Shown: positions 19,384 through 30,708, counted from the stretch's first letter. The stretch: 38,767 nucleotides of DNA from an uncultured Mycoplasmatota bacterium (GCA_946630615.1 CAMOYX010000003.1:1-38767), one strand, 5' to 3'. The notes: generated from the sequence alone by a model not told the origin. Numbers and translations are program-made.

Positions 19384-20910
19384 TTACAATGTAGTAGAAC
19401 CATTTATACCTAAAGGTAATCCTACAACAAACCAAACTAATAATATTATTAATAAAATAGCAAACGCAGCAAACACATATGGTAATTGATACTTAATAGC
19501 TTCTTTTAATGTTACATACTCACCATCTTTTGCATTCTTATTAAGTAAAGCTAAATAGATTATAAAGTATGCCATGAATGGTGTAATACCCATTGTAACT
19601 GATTCACCAAATCTAAATATAATTTGAGCATATTCAGGTGATAAACCTGCTTGCATAAATACAGGTACTACAACAGGTGACATTATAGCCCACTTAGAAA
19701 CAGATGTAGGAACAAAAATTGTTGCTATAACTGAAACTATAAATAATAAGATAATTAATGGAAAACCAGTAAAATTTAATGTTCTAAATAAACTAGTTAA
19801 ACTAGCTACAATTACTTCACCAATTCCAGTTTTTCTAAATACACTTATTAATAAAGAACCTACAAATATAAATACTAAAGTATTACCAATTCCATCAAGT
19901 GAATAACCAAGTGCAGAAACTGCATCTTTACTTCCTTTAATAGTTCTTGCCCCAAGTCCATAAAAGAAACCCAAAATTACAAAGAACATAGTAACTATAA
20001 AGATAAATCCTTGAGAGAAGAAACTATCTAAGCTAAATAACTTATCAACATATAATACTTGGCTATGATCTAATAATCTACCTGATAAAGGCAAACCAGG
20101 AATTATATTCCATAAGATAATTAAGAAATATATTAAACCAGCAAAACCAGCAAATAACATACCTCTAATTTCTTTTCTAGTAATTTTCTCTTCCTCTTCA
20201 TCTTTTATCTCATATTTAGATAACCTAGGAGCAACTACTCTTTCAGTTATTGCAGTAACTAATATTGTTATAAGTATTAATGCTACAAACATTATAAATA
20301 CTCCAGATATAGAAGCCATTCTATAATTTATGTCTATAGCTCTTGCTGCTTGTAAACTATAAGATAATAAAGAACTATCTGTAGCTGTAAATATAGCAGA
20401 AATACCTGAACCTATAGTTAAACCAGCAAATGATGCTACTATACCTATTAAAGGATTACGTTTACCATACTTAAATAATAATCCTGATAAAGGTAACATT
20501 ATAATATAAGATAAGTCACCAATTAAACTTCCAACTACACTTAGAAATACTATTATAAATGTAACTGTATTTTTCTTCATTTTCTTTGTTAACAAAGTAA
20601 ATGATGTTTTTAAGAATCCTGATTTTTCCATTAAACCAAAGCCTAATAGAATAATTATCAAACTACTTAATGGTGTAAAACCTACAAAATTTGAAACAGT
20701 AGTTGAGAATATATCTCTTAACCCTTGATAACTAAATAAATTAGTTACTGAAAGAAGCTTTGTTGAAAACTCAAAAGTAGTATGATCTACGTTATATACA
20801 ATTTGACTAACATCTAAAAAATGTAAAATCAAGCTTAATAAACCTACTACTAAAGTAATTATTAATATATTAACAACAGGATGTAAATTCAAAAAACTAT
20901 TCTTTTTCAC
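19384..20910 (-). CDS. AbgT family transporter
   Basis: HP near the N-terminus, NFVGFTPL, GRNPLIGI-like, SKWAIMSPVVVPVF, FRFGES..ITP and W..VGLPLG motifs. Confidence 0.85.
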   Translation of the reverse strand: MKKNSFLNLHPVVNILIITLVVGLLSLILHFLDVSQIVYNVDHTTFEFSTKLLSVTNLFSYQGLRDIFSTTVSNFVGFTPLSSLIIILLGFGLMEKSGFLKTSFTLLTKKMKKNTVTFIIVFLSVVGSLIGDLSYIIMLPLSGLLFKYGKRNPLIGIVASFAGLTIGSGISAIFTATDSSLLSYSLQAARAIDINYRMASISGVFIMFVALILITILVTAITERVVAPRLSKYEIKDEEEEKITRKEIRGMLFAGFAGLIYFLIILWNIIPGLPLSGRLLDHSQVLYVDKLFSLDSFFSQGFIFIVTMFFVILGFFYGLGARTIKGSKDAVSALGYSLDGIGNTLVFIFVGSLLISVFRKTGIGEVIVASLTSLFRTLNFTGFPLIILLFIVSVIATIFVPTSVSKWAIMSPVVVPVFMQAGLSPEYAQIIFRFGESVTMGITPFMAYFIIYLALLNKNAKDGEYVTLKEAIKYQLPYVFAAFAILLIILLVWFVVGLPLGINGSTTL

Positions 20911-21100
20911 TTTCTACACCTACTACCTTCTTTAATTTGCGTAAGAACTCTCTTCTTTCCATCATTATTTCATGTCCACAATTCTCGCATTTAATCTTAA
21001 TGTCTACTCCAACTCTAGTTACAGTCCAAAGATTTGTTTGACATGCATGAGGCTTACGCATTATTACTTTATCCCCTAATGATACTTTCTTATTTTCCAT
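20897..21100 (-). CDS. DUF951 family protein (YyzM-like)
   Basis: GDKVIMRKPHAC...W.VTRVGVDIKIKCENCG. ATG 21100 follows GAGGT. Confidence 0.9.
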   Translation of the reverse strand: MENKKVSLGDKVIMRKPHACQTNLWTVTRVGVDIKIKCENCGHEIMMERREFLRKLKKVVGVESEKE

Positions 21101-21887
21101 TGTGTACCTCAATTTGATTATAAGGAATCTTAATGTTGTTATTATCATATGTTTCTTTAATAATTCTTAAAGCTTTTCTTCTTATAACATATTGATCTTT
21201 TCCTCTACATTGAATAAGTATAGAGTAATTAATAGAAGAATCATTTAGACTATCTATTCCTAAATAAGAAGATGCTATAACACCATCAAGTTTATTAACT
21301 TCTTCTAAAATTTCCTTAATAACACTTTCTACCTTCTCCGCTTTTTCTTCATAAGCTGTTGGAATGTCTATTTTAACACTAGGGCTTGATTGGGACAAGT
21401 TTATAACCTTATTAACATTTCTATTAGCAAATATTAAAGTCATACCTTCAAAGTTCTTAACCTTAGTACTCTTTAAAGATATCTCAACTACTTCACCTAG
21501 GAAATCATCTAATTTAATATAATCTCCAACTACATAGAAATTATCCATGATAATTGAAATACCTGCCATTATGTCTTGAACAGTATTTTGAAATGCTAAA
21601 CCAATAACAGCACCAGCAATTCCTAAAGAAGCAATAATACCATTAGTATCTACTCCATACACATTAAGTATCATTACTATAGCAATAGCAAATATAAAGA
21701 ACTTAATAACATTTTCAGCTAACTGTAATATAGTAGCTCCTTTTTTTACTCTAAAACCCTGTTTATCCTTAATAAATATTCTATGTAATATAGACTTAGC
21801 AAGTTTTAAAAATATAATACTAACAACAATTATAAAAATAGGTTTAATTATTTTTTCATTGTTTAAAAAAGAAAGAACCTTTTCCAT
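21090..21887 (-). CDS. mscS: Small-conductance mechanosensitive channel MscS family
   Basis: GIAGAVIGLAFQNTVQDIMAG, VGDYI...GEVVEI and IKIPYNQ motifs. Confidence 0.9.
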   Translation of the reverse strand: MEKVLSFLNNEKIIKPIFIIVVSIIFLKLAKSILHRIFIKDKQGFRVKKGATILQLAENVIKFFIFAIAIVMILNVYGVDTNGIIASLGIAGAVIGLAFQNTVQDIMAGISIIMDNFYVVGDYIKLDDFLGEVVEISLKSTKVKNFEGMTLIFANRNVNKVINLSQSSPSVKIDIPTAYEEKAEKVESVIKEILEEVNKLDGVIASSYLGIDSLNDSSINYSILIQCRGKDQYVIRRKALRIIKETYDNNNIKIPYNQIEVHNGK

Positions 21888-21888
21888 A

Positions 21889-22791
21889 CTACTCGATTCC
21901 TTCTACTTTTATACCTAATGTCTCTAAAATACGTTCTAAGTCTTCATCCGAATCAAATGGAATTTCTAATTTCTTAGCTTTAATTTTTACTTTAGTACCT
22001 ACTTTTTCTCTCATTAGTCTTTCATATATATTAATTTTTAAAGGTCTTTGTACTTTAGTCTTAGTTACTTTTTCTTCACTATTCTCATTCATTTCTCTAA
22101 TGATATCTTCTAAAGCATGAGCAGATATACCATTGTTAATAACTTTTTCAGCTAGTTCAATACATAGCTTCTTATCAGTTATCTTAGATAAGCTTCTTGC
22201 ATGAGCCATAGATAGTTTTCTATCAACAGTATATTCTTTAACTATTTCAGGTAATTTTAAAAGTCCTACCATGTTAACAACATAACTCTTGCTCTTACCA
22301 AACTTCTTAGCAAATTCATCATAAGATAAATGAGATAATTCCATAATTTTTTGATATGCTTCTGCTTCTTCTATTGGGTTTAAGTCTTCTCTTTGAATAT
22401 TTTCAAGTAAAGCTATTTCCATCATTTCAGCATCATCAAAGTCTCTTATAACACATGGAACACTCTTAAGTCCTGCTAGTTTAGCAGCTCTTAATCTTCT
22501 TTCACCTGCAACAAGTTCATAACCTTTAATACTTTTCTTAACAATAATTGGTTCAATAACTCCATGTTCTTTAATAGAATCAGCTAATTCTTGTAAAGAA
22601 TCATCATTAAATGTTTTTCTTGGTTGAAATGGATTACTTCTAACCTCATCAACATTTACTTCATTTAAAGGAGATTTCTTACCTTCTCCAGTACTCTCAA
22701 TAATATTAGCTTCTAACTTATCAAAGTTAATTACTTCATTTGAGAATAATTGTTCTAAACCTTTTCCTAAAGCTTTTCTCTTAGTTTCCAT
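21889..22791 (-). CDS. parB: Chromosome partitioning protein ParB/Spo0J
   Basis: ALGKGL, NPFQPRK, AGERRLRA and ENIQREDLNPIEEA motifs, HTH. Confidence 0.95.
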   Translation of the reverse strand: METKRKALGKGLEQLFSNEVINFDKLEANIIESTGEGKKSPLNEVNVDEVRSNPFQPRKTFNDDSLQELADSIKEHGVIEPIIVKKSIKGYELVAGERRLRAAKLAGLKSVPCVIRDFDDAEMMEIALLENIQREDLNPIEEAEAYQKIMELSHLSYDEFAKKFGKSKSYVVNMVGLLKLPEIVKEYTVDRKLSMAHARSLSKITDKKLCIELAEKVINNGISAHALEDIIREMNENSEEKVTKTKVQRPLKINIYERLMREKVGTKVKIKAKKLEIPFDSDEDLERILETLGIKVEGIE

Positions 22792-23566
22792 CTCTTCTAA
22801 TCACCTCTTTTGCTAAATTTTCATAAGCCAAAGTTGCTCTACTAAGTGGATCATAATCACTAATTGGTTTTCCATGACTTGGTGCTTCTACAAGTCTTAC
22901 TAATCTTGGAATGATTGTATTAAATACTCTATCCTTAAAGCACTTTCTAACATCTTCTATTATTTCTAATCCTATATTTGTTCTACCATCTAACATTGTA
23001 AGTAATACACCTTCAACTCTTAGATTTGGATTAACATTTTCTTGTACTTTAATAACAGTTGATAATAGTAAGCTTATACCTTCTAAAGCATAGTACTCAC
23101 ATTGAACAGGAATTATAACAGAATCACTTGCAGCTAAAGCGTTCATTACAGTAGAACCTAAAGATGGTTGGCAATCAACAATAATATAATCATATTTATC
23201 TCTTACTTGATCTAAAGCATTCTTTAATTGTTCATTTTGTTTAAATGTTTGATCTGTCATAGATCTTCTTGCAAATTCTAAATCTATACCTGCTAAATTT
23301 ATAGTTGTTGGAATAATTGATAAATTCTTAAATTTAGTTTTAATAATCGCATCTTTAACATCAGATTGACCAGTTATAACATCATATATATCTTTATCAA
23401 AATCATTATATTTTAAACCAAGACCATTAGAAGCATTTCCTTGAGGGTCAAAGTCAACTAAAAGAGTTTTCTTTCCCAATTTTCCAAGAGCAGCTGCTAA
23501 GTTAATCGCAGTAGTTGTTTTACCAACACCACCTTTTTGATTAACTAATGAAATTACTTTTGCCAT
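22781..23566 (-). CDS. parA: Chromosome partitioning ATPase ParA/Soj
   Basis: NQKGGVGKTTT deviant Walker A, DFDPQGNA, PVQCEYYALEG and EAPSHG motifs. Confidence 0.95.
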   Translation of the reverse strand: MAKVISLVNQKGGVGKTTTAINLAAALGKLGKKTLLVDFDPQGNASNGLGLKYNDFDKDIYDVITGQSDVKDAIIKTKFKNLSIIPTTINLAGIDLEFARRSMTDQTFKQNEQLKNALDQVRDKYDYIIVDCQPSLGSTVMNALAASDSVIIPVQCEYYALEGISLLLSTVIKVQENVNPNLRVEGVLLTMLDGRTNIGLEIIEDVRKCFKDRVFNTIIPRLVRLVEAPSHGKPISDYDPLSRATLAYENLAKEVIRRDGN

Positions 23567-23694
23567 AAATTCTATCACCCTTTAAAATTTCTAGTCTAAC
23601 TAATTTTAACATAGTAATCATTATTTGTCTTTAATTTTTAAGGTAATACATAATAAAAAAATACGTTTATCATTAGATAAACGTATTAATTTAA

Positions 23695-25704
23695 TTAATC
23701 TTCTTTAGATTCTTTCTCTAAAGCTTCATCAACTAGTTTAGAAAGTTCATCTTTATCTAGTTTTTGATAATCTTTTATACCTAAATCTTTAGCTTGTTCT
23801 CTTAACTTAGTTAAAGTTGGTTCAACTGTTTTTTTGCTTTCTGCTTCAGATGTAGTAACTTTACCAGTTCTTACAAGTTCATCAATTTGCTCTTTAGTAA
23901 TTGTTTCTCTTTCAATTAATGTATTAGCAATTGACATAACTAAATCTTTATTTTCTTTTAAGATCTTCTTAGCATTAGCATAACATTGATTAACAATCTT
24001 TCTAGTTTCCTCATCGATTTCTAAAGCAACTTGATCTGAGTAATTCTTAGATTTATTTAAATCTCTTCCTAAGAATACATTGTCACTTTCTTCCATCTCA
24101 TAACGCATTGGACCTAAGTCTGACATACCATATTCAGTAACCATAGATCTTGCAAGTCTAGTAGAATGTTTGAAATCATCACTAGCGCCAGTAGTAATAT
24201 CATCTAAGAATAATTCCTCAGCTGCTCTACCACCTAAGCTACTTGTAATGCTTGCAAGCATCTCTCTCTTAGTGTATCTTGCTACATTATCATCTTTTGG
24301 AGTATACGCTGTGTAACCACCAGCATTTCCTCTTGGGATAATAGTAATCTTTTGAACTTCCATAGCGTCTCTTAATTTAAGACCTATAACAGCATGTCCA
24401 GATTCATGAACAGCAGTTAACCATTTAACTTCTTCAGATACTTTTCTGCTCTTCTTAGCAGGTCCCATCATTACTCTATCAGTAGCTTCATCAATATCAT
24501 CAAGAGTAATAGCATTTTCATTTTTTCTAACAGCAAGTAATGCTGCTTCATTCATTAAGTTTTCTAAGTCAGCTCCAGAAAATCCCGAAGTTCTCTTAGA
24601 AATTGCTTTTAAGTTAACATCAGGAGCTAATATCTTATTCTTAGCGTGAACTCCTAATATAGCTTCTCTTTCTTCTGAATCTGGTAGGGATACAGTAACT
24701 TGTCTATCAAATCTACCTGGTCTTAATAAAGCTGGGTCTAATACATCAGGTCTATTTGTAGCAGCAATTACAATTATACCTTCATTGTGTCCAAATCCAT
24801 CCATTTCAGTAAGTAATTGGTTAAGTGTTTGTTCTCTTTCGTCATGTCCACCACCAATACCAGAACCTCTTTGTCTACCTACAGCATCAATTTCATCTAT
24901 AAATATTAAACAAGGAGCATTTCTCTTGGCTTCTTTAAACATGTCTCTAACTCTAGATGCACCAACACCTACAAATAATTCTACAAAATCAGATCCTGAA
25001 ATATAGTAGAAAGGTACATTTGCTTCACCAGCTACAGCCTTTGCAAGTAAAGTTTTACCAGTTCCTGGAGGACCTACAAGTAAAACTCCCTTAGGAATTC
25101 TTGCACCTAACTTTTGGAATTTCTTAGGACTCTTTAAGAAGTCAATCATTTCTTTAACTTCTTCTTTTTCTTCTTTTAATCCAGCAACATCAGTAAATCT
25201 AACTTTACCACCTTCAGGTGCTAACTTAGCTCTTGATTTACCAAAGTCCATAGATCCACCGCCACCTTTAGCCATCTTAGTAAAGATGAAGTAAGTAGCA
25301 ATTAATATTAAGAATAATGGAACTACATTAACTAAAATATAAATCCAGCTAACTGATCCCGGATCAGGATTTGTTTCATATACTTTTAAGTTATTTGATT
25401 CAGCATATGATGTAACTGTCTTTAATTCAGCTTCCACTACTTTAGCGCTAAATTTTTCATTATCTTTATAACTACTTAATTTACCCTCAACATAATAAAC
25501 TGATTTATCAGAACTTGGAGTAATAGTTATCTCTGTTATAGTCTTATTTTGAATTTCACTAATTAATTCACCAGTTGTTATATCATGTGTAACAGTGCTG
25601 CCTAAATTAACAACAAACATTACAGCTAAAACAACTACAGTTAAGACTAAATAAGGAAACACATTCTTCATTAAGTTTTGATTATTGTTTCTCTTAATTT
25701 TCAT
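23695..25704 (-). CDS. ftsH: ATP-dependent zinc metalloprotease FtsH (with extra C-terminal Rho_N-like domain)
   Basis: Two TMs, [21 protein letters not shown] and HESGH zinc motif. Confidence 0.97.
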   Translation of the reverse strand: MKIKRNNNQNLMKNVFPYLVLTVVVLAVMFVVNLGSTVTHDITTGELISEIQNKTITEITITPSSDKSVYYVEGKLSSYKDNEKFSAKVVEAELKTVTSYAESNNLKVYETNPDPGSVSWIYILVNVVPLFLILIATYFIFTKMAKGGGGSMDFGKSRAKLAPEGGKVRFTDVAGLKEEKEEVKEMIDFLKSPKKFQKLGARIPKGVLLVGPPGTGKTLLAKAVAGEANVPFYYISGSDFVELFVGVGASRVRDMFKEAKRNAPCLIFIDEIDAVGRQRGSGIGGGHDEREQTLNQLLTEMDGFGHNEGIIVIAATNRPDVLDPALLRPGRFDRQVTVSLPDSEEREAILGVHAKNKILAPDVNLKAISKRTSGFSGADLENLMNEAALLAVRKNENAITLDDIDEATDRVMMGPAKKSRKVSEEVKWLTAVHESGHAVIGLKLRDAMEVQKITIIPRGNAGGYTAYTPKDDNVARYTKREMLASITSSLGGRAAEELFLDDITTGASDDFKHSTRLARSMVTEYGMSDLGPMRYEMEESDNVFLGRDLNKSKNYSDQVALEIDEETRKIVNQCYANAKKILKENKDLVMSIANTLIERETITKEQIDELVRTGKVTTSEAESKKTVEPTLTKLREQAKDLGIKDYQKLDKDELSKLVDEALEKESKED

Positions 25705-27041
25705 TTGCTCATTCCTTTCTTTTTATACTTGTATATTATATCATATACGCCGTCTTTTTCTATATCATATTTAGATTTCTTAATACCTAATACCCATAAA
25801 ACTTCGCCTTTACTATCAATTAGTATTGGCACACTGTCTTTCATACTATTTGGTACTTTAGCATCTATTAAAATATCATTAACCTTCTTAGATCCATTTA
25901 AGTTTTTTACTTTAATTCGCATACCATCATATCTATTAACAACATATAAAGGCAAAGTAATATCTTTACTATTCAAATGAATCTCATAATTAGATTTATC
26001 TTCGTAAGTTTTAAGTTTAATCAAATAATTATCATCATATAAATATGTGTTATCACTTACAGGAATCTTAAACAAATTAGATACTCCTGTATTCTTAGTA
26101 ATCTTAAAGAATCCTCTTTCTTTCTCTAAAGTATACCCTCTAGGTAGATTTAAAGATGCAGTCTTCTTATCATTTGTTAATAAATTAATAATATTATTAA
26201 TATGTGTATCATTAATTAAATATAATTCACTTTGATAAACATTCTTTAAATAATATCTCAAGAAATACTTTTGCATTGTTAAAGATAAACCTAAGAAAGC
26301 ATAAATGCTAACTATACCATCTTCAATATAATCTTTATAAACACATGAGGTTATCTTAGCAAGCTCTACACTTGCATCATATACCTCTTTAGAATAATTG
26401 CTAAACTTTTCATAATACTTAGGATTTAATTCTTCTAAGATAGGTAATATCTTAGCTCTAATCTTATTTCTAGGAATTGTAGTATCAAAGTTAGTTTGAT
26501 CAACAACATAAGGAATATTATTTTCTTTGTTATATTCTAAAATCATTTTCTTAGTACATGTTAAAAGAGGTCTAACAAATCTAATTCCATCCCACACTTG
26601 ATCTTTTCGGATACCTGCATATCCTTCTAACGTACTACCTCTTAAAATTCTCATAAGTATAGTTTCTACTTGGTCATCCGCGTGATGAGCAGTAAAAATA
26701 TAAGTTCCATTATATTTCTCATACATATCTCTAAAGAACTTATAACGTTTATTTCTTCCTTCTTCTTCACTAAACTTATTATTTTTATAATCAGTAATTT
26801 GAAAGTATTCTAAAGTAACATCTTTATCTCTTAAATAATCTTTAATAAATAAGTATTCACTTTCATTTTCTTTTCTAGTTCCATGATTAACATGTAAAGC
26901 AATCACTTTAATATCCTTTTTTTCTTTTTCCTTTATAAGTAGATCTAACAAAGCCATAGAATCAGGTCCGCCAGATAAAGCTAAAAGACAAACATCATTA
27001 TCTTTAATTAAATTGTCTAAATATAATTTTGTTTCTTTCAT
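25701..27041 (-). CDS. tilS: tRNA(Ile)-lysidine synthetase
   Basis: SGGPDS PP-loop, HVNHG, TAHHADDQVET, RPLL and RNKIR motifs, TilS C-terminal domain. Confidence 0.95.
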   Translation of the reverse strand: MKETKLYLDNLIKDNDVCLLALSGGPDSMALLDLLIKEKEKKDIKVIALHVNHGTRKENESEYLFIKDYLRDKDVTLEYFQITDYKNNKFSEEEGRNKRYKFFRDMYEKYNGTYIFTAHHADDQVETILMRILRGSTLEGYAGIRKDQVWDGIRFVRPLLTCTKKMILEYNKENNIPYVVDQTNFDTTIPRNKIRAKILPILEELNPKYYEKFSNYSKEVYDASVELAKITSCVYKDYIEDGIVSIYAFLGLSLTMQKYFLRYYLKNVYQSELYLINDTHINNIINLLTNDKKTASLNLPRGYTLEKERGFFKITKNTGVSNLFKIPVSDNTYLYDDNYLIKLKTYEDKSNYEIHLNSKDITLPLYVVNRYDGMRIKVKNLNGSKKVNDILIDAKVPNSMKDSVPILIDSKGEVLWVLGIKKSKYDIEKDGVYDIIYKYKKKGMSK

Positions 27042-27127
27042 ATGGCCTCCAAGTAAACATATTATATAAATAATAAAATATTAATGCAACTAAAAATTAG
27101 CACTTATAATTTATAAGTGCTAATAAA

Positions 27128-28208
27128 CTAACTTTTAAGCAAAGAATCTAATAATTCTGAAATATCTCCATCTAATATTCTGTCTGCATTACTTGTTTCA
27201 TATCCACTTCTAAGATCTTTAACAAGTTTATATGGATATAATACATAATTTCTTATTTGACTACCAAAATTAATAGAGACATTTTCACCTTTAATCTTAT
27301 TAAGTTCAGCTTCTTTCTTTTCTATTTCCATTTCATATAATTTACTTTTAAGCATCTTAATAGCTTCTTCTTTGTTTCTCAACTGACTTCTCTCATTTTG
27401 GCAAGTAACAACTATCTTACTTGGAATATGAGTTATACGAACAGCTGAGTTAGATGTATTTACTGATTGTCCACCAGCACCAGATGAGTGATATACATCA
27501 ATCTTTAAATCACTTTCTTTAACTTCTATATCTATATCTTTATTAAATATTGGAGTTACTAAAACTGATGCAAAGGAAGTATGTCTTCTACCAGCAGAGT
27601 CAAATGGAGAAATTCTAACTAATCTATGTACACCCTTTTCTCTTTTTAAATAACCATATGCATATTCAAAAGATACTTTTAATGTAACTGATTTAATACC
27701 AGCTTCATCCCCAGCTTCTTTATCTATTATTTCATACTTATATCCGTTATGAGTGAAGTATAGTTCATACATTCTTAAAAGCATACTAGCCCAATCACAG
27801 GATTCTGTTCCACCAGCACCTGGGTGTATTTCTAAGTAACAATCTAAATTATCAAATGGTCCAGATAGCAAAGTTTCTTTTGATAGTTCATCGACCTTAC
27901 TTTGTAATAATGGTAGCTCATTTTTAATAGCCTCTAGATCACTATCATCTAACATATTAAGAAGTTCCAAGTTATCACTTATTTGAGAATCCAATTCACT
28001 GCATCTATTAACTATCTTTTTTAATGAAGTTAATTCTTTATTAACTTGGTTTGCGTTATCAATGTCATCCCAAAATCCTTCTTCCATAGTAACTTTAGTT
28101 AGTTCATCAATTTTAACTTTCTTACTATCTAAGTCAAAGACTCCTCCATAGATCTTTAGAAATATCTTTTAATTCATTTAATTGTAATTCTAATTCTCTT
28201 CTATCCAT
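27128..28208 (-). CDS. prfB: Peptide chain release factor 2 with programmed +1 frameshift (28208-28137 joined to 28135-27128)
   Basis: SPF and GGQ motifs. A 24-codon upstream frame ends in CTT-TGA-C preceded by an internal SD GGAGG. Confidence 0.95.
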
Positions 28209-28231
28209 AAAATGCCTCGTTTCAAAAACAA

Positions 28232-28260
28232 AGTATATTAAAGAAAGTATTCTTTGTCAA
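28232..28260 (-). promoter_or_regulatory. Sigma-A promoter of prfB
   Basis: TTGACA-17 bp-TATACT. Confidence 0.75.
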
Positions 28261-28283
28261 AAGTATTATACCAAAAAAGAAGA

Positions 28284-29888
28284 CTAACGTCTTCTTTCAT
28301 GTGTTTTATAATAATTTTTCTTTTTTCTATACATCTTAGAATCAGCAGCTTTAAACATATCTTTTAATAAAGGATTATCAAAATGGTTAGACATTACATA
28401 CCCAACAGAGTAAGATATTTTTCCATTATGTCTACTTTTGTTTGCTTTAGCTACCTCTTTATCAATCTTAGATAATATCTTTTTAAAGGTATCTTCATTG
28501 CAATTATAAATAACTGAAATAAATTCATCCCCACCAAATCTACCAACAAAAGAGTTCCTTGGTAAGTTTGCACGTAAAATATTTGAAAAATCAACCAACA
28601 GTCTGTCGCCAGCTAAATGTCCAAAATCATCATTAATTCCTTTTAAACCATTTAAGTCAAACTCAACAAATACAGTATCAGGAGGTAAAGCATTTGGATT
28701 ACTTATTAACTTTTGACACACATTGTTGTTTGATATACCAGTTAAGACATCTATATTAGATTGAAATATCAGTCTCTTTACTGATGTAAACATAATCGTT
28801 AAAGCAACTATAAAGCATGATAATAATGCACCAGTACAATTAATTGAGTTACCAAACATATAGTAAACAGCAATATCATATGCAACTCCAAAAATAATAG
28901 CTGAGCAGCATAAAGCAGAAAGATTAATAGTTTTAGTATCTTGATAATCTCTAACAAAAGTATAAATAAACGCAATAATTGATAAAACTATATAAATATG
29001 GCTTACAGATAAAAAGTATCTTAATTCAAGAGAAGTAAATGTATCAATTATAATTATTAATAAAGATAACATAACCCCTAAAAAAGCAGTATGCTTTAAT
29101 ACATCCCTATGCTTTGTACTTACATTCATATATGCATACATTAGTAAAGGAATAGGAATTATAAATAATGATAAAAGTGAAATATAATAAGAAACTAACG
29201 TTTCACCAGCAAATATAAACGGAGTATACCAAGTATCAGTTATTCTCCATAAACCTGTTAAAATCATAAATATTCCTAAGAACTCTAAACCAGATTGATA
29301 CTTATAATAAAAGAAGTAGTACGCAGAAAATATTATTATAATAATACCTACAAACATAACAAGTACACTTCCGACTGTTGATGCATTGTTAATATCTTGA
29401 ATACCTCTAAATACTTCTATTGATGAACCATAGTAGAATCTAACTTGAGCAGATTTAAAAGATTCATAAACTGGTTTAATAATAACTTTTAAATCTTTAC
29501 CAACATCATCATCTAAAATTGGAATCATTATGTAATTAGAGCCAACAGTAGAAGTGTAAGTATTTTTACTAGTTAAACTATAAACCAACTGATCATCAAT
29601 AAATGCTTCTACATAAGAATTAGATACATAAAATCCAATTACTGATGCATTATTTACTTGTTCTTTATCTAATTTAAGGATAAACTCTCTAGCAAAATTT
29701 AAAGGTGAATCCTCACATTCGTATTCTTTATAATCATAATCTGTTATCTTACTAGAAGAAATAAAACTTCTGCGAGAATATTCAACATTAGAATTAAAGA
29801 TAACAAATCTTAATAAATATACAAAAGAAACAGCCATCAAAACATAAAATAAAATTTTTAGTGTTCTTATATTGAGAATATTTCTCAC
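28284..29888 (-). CDS. Membrane-bound diguanylate cyclase (extracellular domain + ~7 TM + GGDEF)
   Basis: DVLTG, DLNGLKGINDDFGHLAGD, GRFGGDEF and ADSKMY motifs. GTG start at 29888 follows GGAGG. Confidence 0.9.
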   Translation of the reverse strand: MRNILNIRTLKILFYVLMAVSFVYLLRFVIFNSNVEYSRRSFISSSKITDYDYKEYECEDSPLNFAREFILKLDKEQVNNASVIGFYVSNSYVEAFIDDQLVYSLTSKNTYTSTVGSNYIMIPILDDDVGKDLKVIIKPVYESFKSAQVRFYYGSSIEVFRGIQDINNASTVGSVLVMFVGIIIIIFSAYYFFYYKYQSGLEFLGIFMILTGLWRITDTWYTPFIFAGETLVSYYISLLSLFIIPIPLLMYAYMNVSTKHRDVLKHTAFLGVMLSLLIIIIDTFTSLELRYFLSVSHIYIVLSIIAFIYTFVRDYQDTKTINLSALCCSAIIFGVAYDIAVYYMFGNSINCTGALLSCFIVALTIMFTSVKRLIFQSNIDVLTGISNNNVCQKLISNPNALPPDTVFVEFDLNGLKGINDDFGHLAGDRLLVDFSNILRANLPRNSFVGRFGGDEFISVIYNCNEDTFKKILSKIDKEVAKANKSRHNGKISYSVGYVMSNHFDNPLLKDMFKAADSKMYRKKKNYYKTHERRR

Positions 29889-29959
29889 AGCAAATCCTCC
29901 TAAATAATTATATATTATATATCTTTTACATAAAAAAACAATCATGTAAATGATTATTT

Positions 29960-30640
29960 TTAAATACACTCACTAGTTCCTAAAGGAACTCGATAATTAA
30001 CTAATTCCCCATTACTTAGATATGCATTTATGTTAAGGTAAAAAGTATCATTATCATACTCACTACACTTGTTGTCAAAACCCTTTTCAATAAATTTAAC
30101 ATTCTCTAATATTTTCTTTAATGTATTTGATTCTCCTTCATAAGTATAAGAATCAAGTAAAGTATCATGTTCGTATAAATTAACATATACCTTACTATAC
30201 TTTGAATTATCATCTGTATTATATGAAATACTACTTATATAAATATAAGAATTATCTTTGTTATAAGATATATTACCTGTAATAGCAAAATTACTACAAG
30301 TAGCTTCTAATTCTCTAAAATGCAATTTATCTTCTCCTCTATTAATAGCAAGTATTGCTATTAATATAACAATAATAGATAAAATAGCACCTACAATATA
30401 AGTAATATTTCTTTTCTTATTATCTTTCTTAGATATCTCACCACGATATATATCATCTATAGATACATTAAAATCATGACTCATTTGTATTAATAATTGA
30501 CCATCAGGAATATTCTTTCCATTCTCCCACTTACTAACAGACTGAAAAGTAACATGATATTTATCTGCAAAATCCTTTTGAGTCATATTATTATCAATTC
30601 TAAGTTTCTTGATAAATTGTCCTATCTTCTCTTGGTCCAT
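29960..30640 (-). CDS. XRE/Cro-family HTH regulator with TM and extracellular C-terminal domain
   Basis: IGQFIKKLR...MTQKDFAD..VTFQSVSKWENG..PD, single TM at about aa 80-98. Confidence 0.85.
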   Translation of the reverse strand: MDQEKIGQFIKKLRIDNNMTQKDFADKYHVTFQSVSKWENGKNIPDGQLLIQMSHDFNVSIDDIYRGEISKKDNKKRNITYIVGAILSIIVILIAILAINRGEDKLHFRELEATCSNFAITGNISYNKDNSYIYISSISYNTDDNSKYSKVYVNLYEHDTLLDSYTYEGESNTLKKILENVKFIEKGFDNKCSEYDNDTFYLNINAYLSNGELVNYRVPLGTSECI

Positions 30641-30708
30641 AAAATCACCATGAATTGATTATAGCATAGAATAATTATTCGAATGTTATAAATATGTGAA
30701 ATATAAAG

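Noticed and set aside
21889-23694. parS sites or replication origin near parAB
   Set aside because: No TGTTTCACGTGAAACA-like palindrome or DnaA-box cluster was seen by eye.
16418-26235. + strand ORFs at 16418, 22911, 24785, 25678 and 26047
   Set aside because: All lie antisense within conserved genes (radical SAM, parA, ftsH, tilS).
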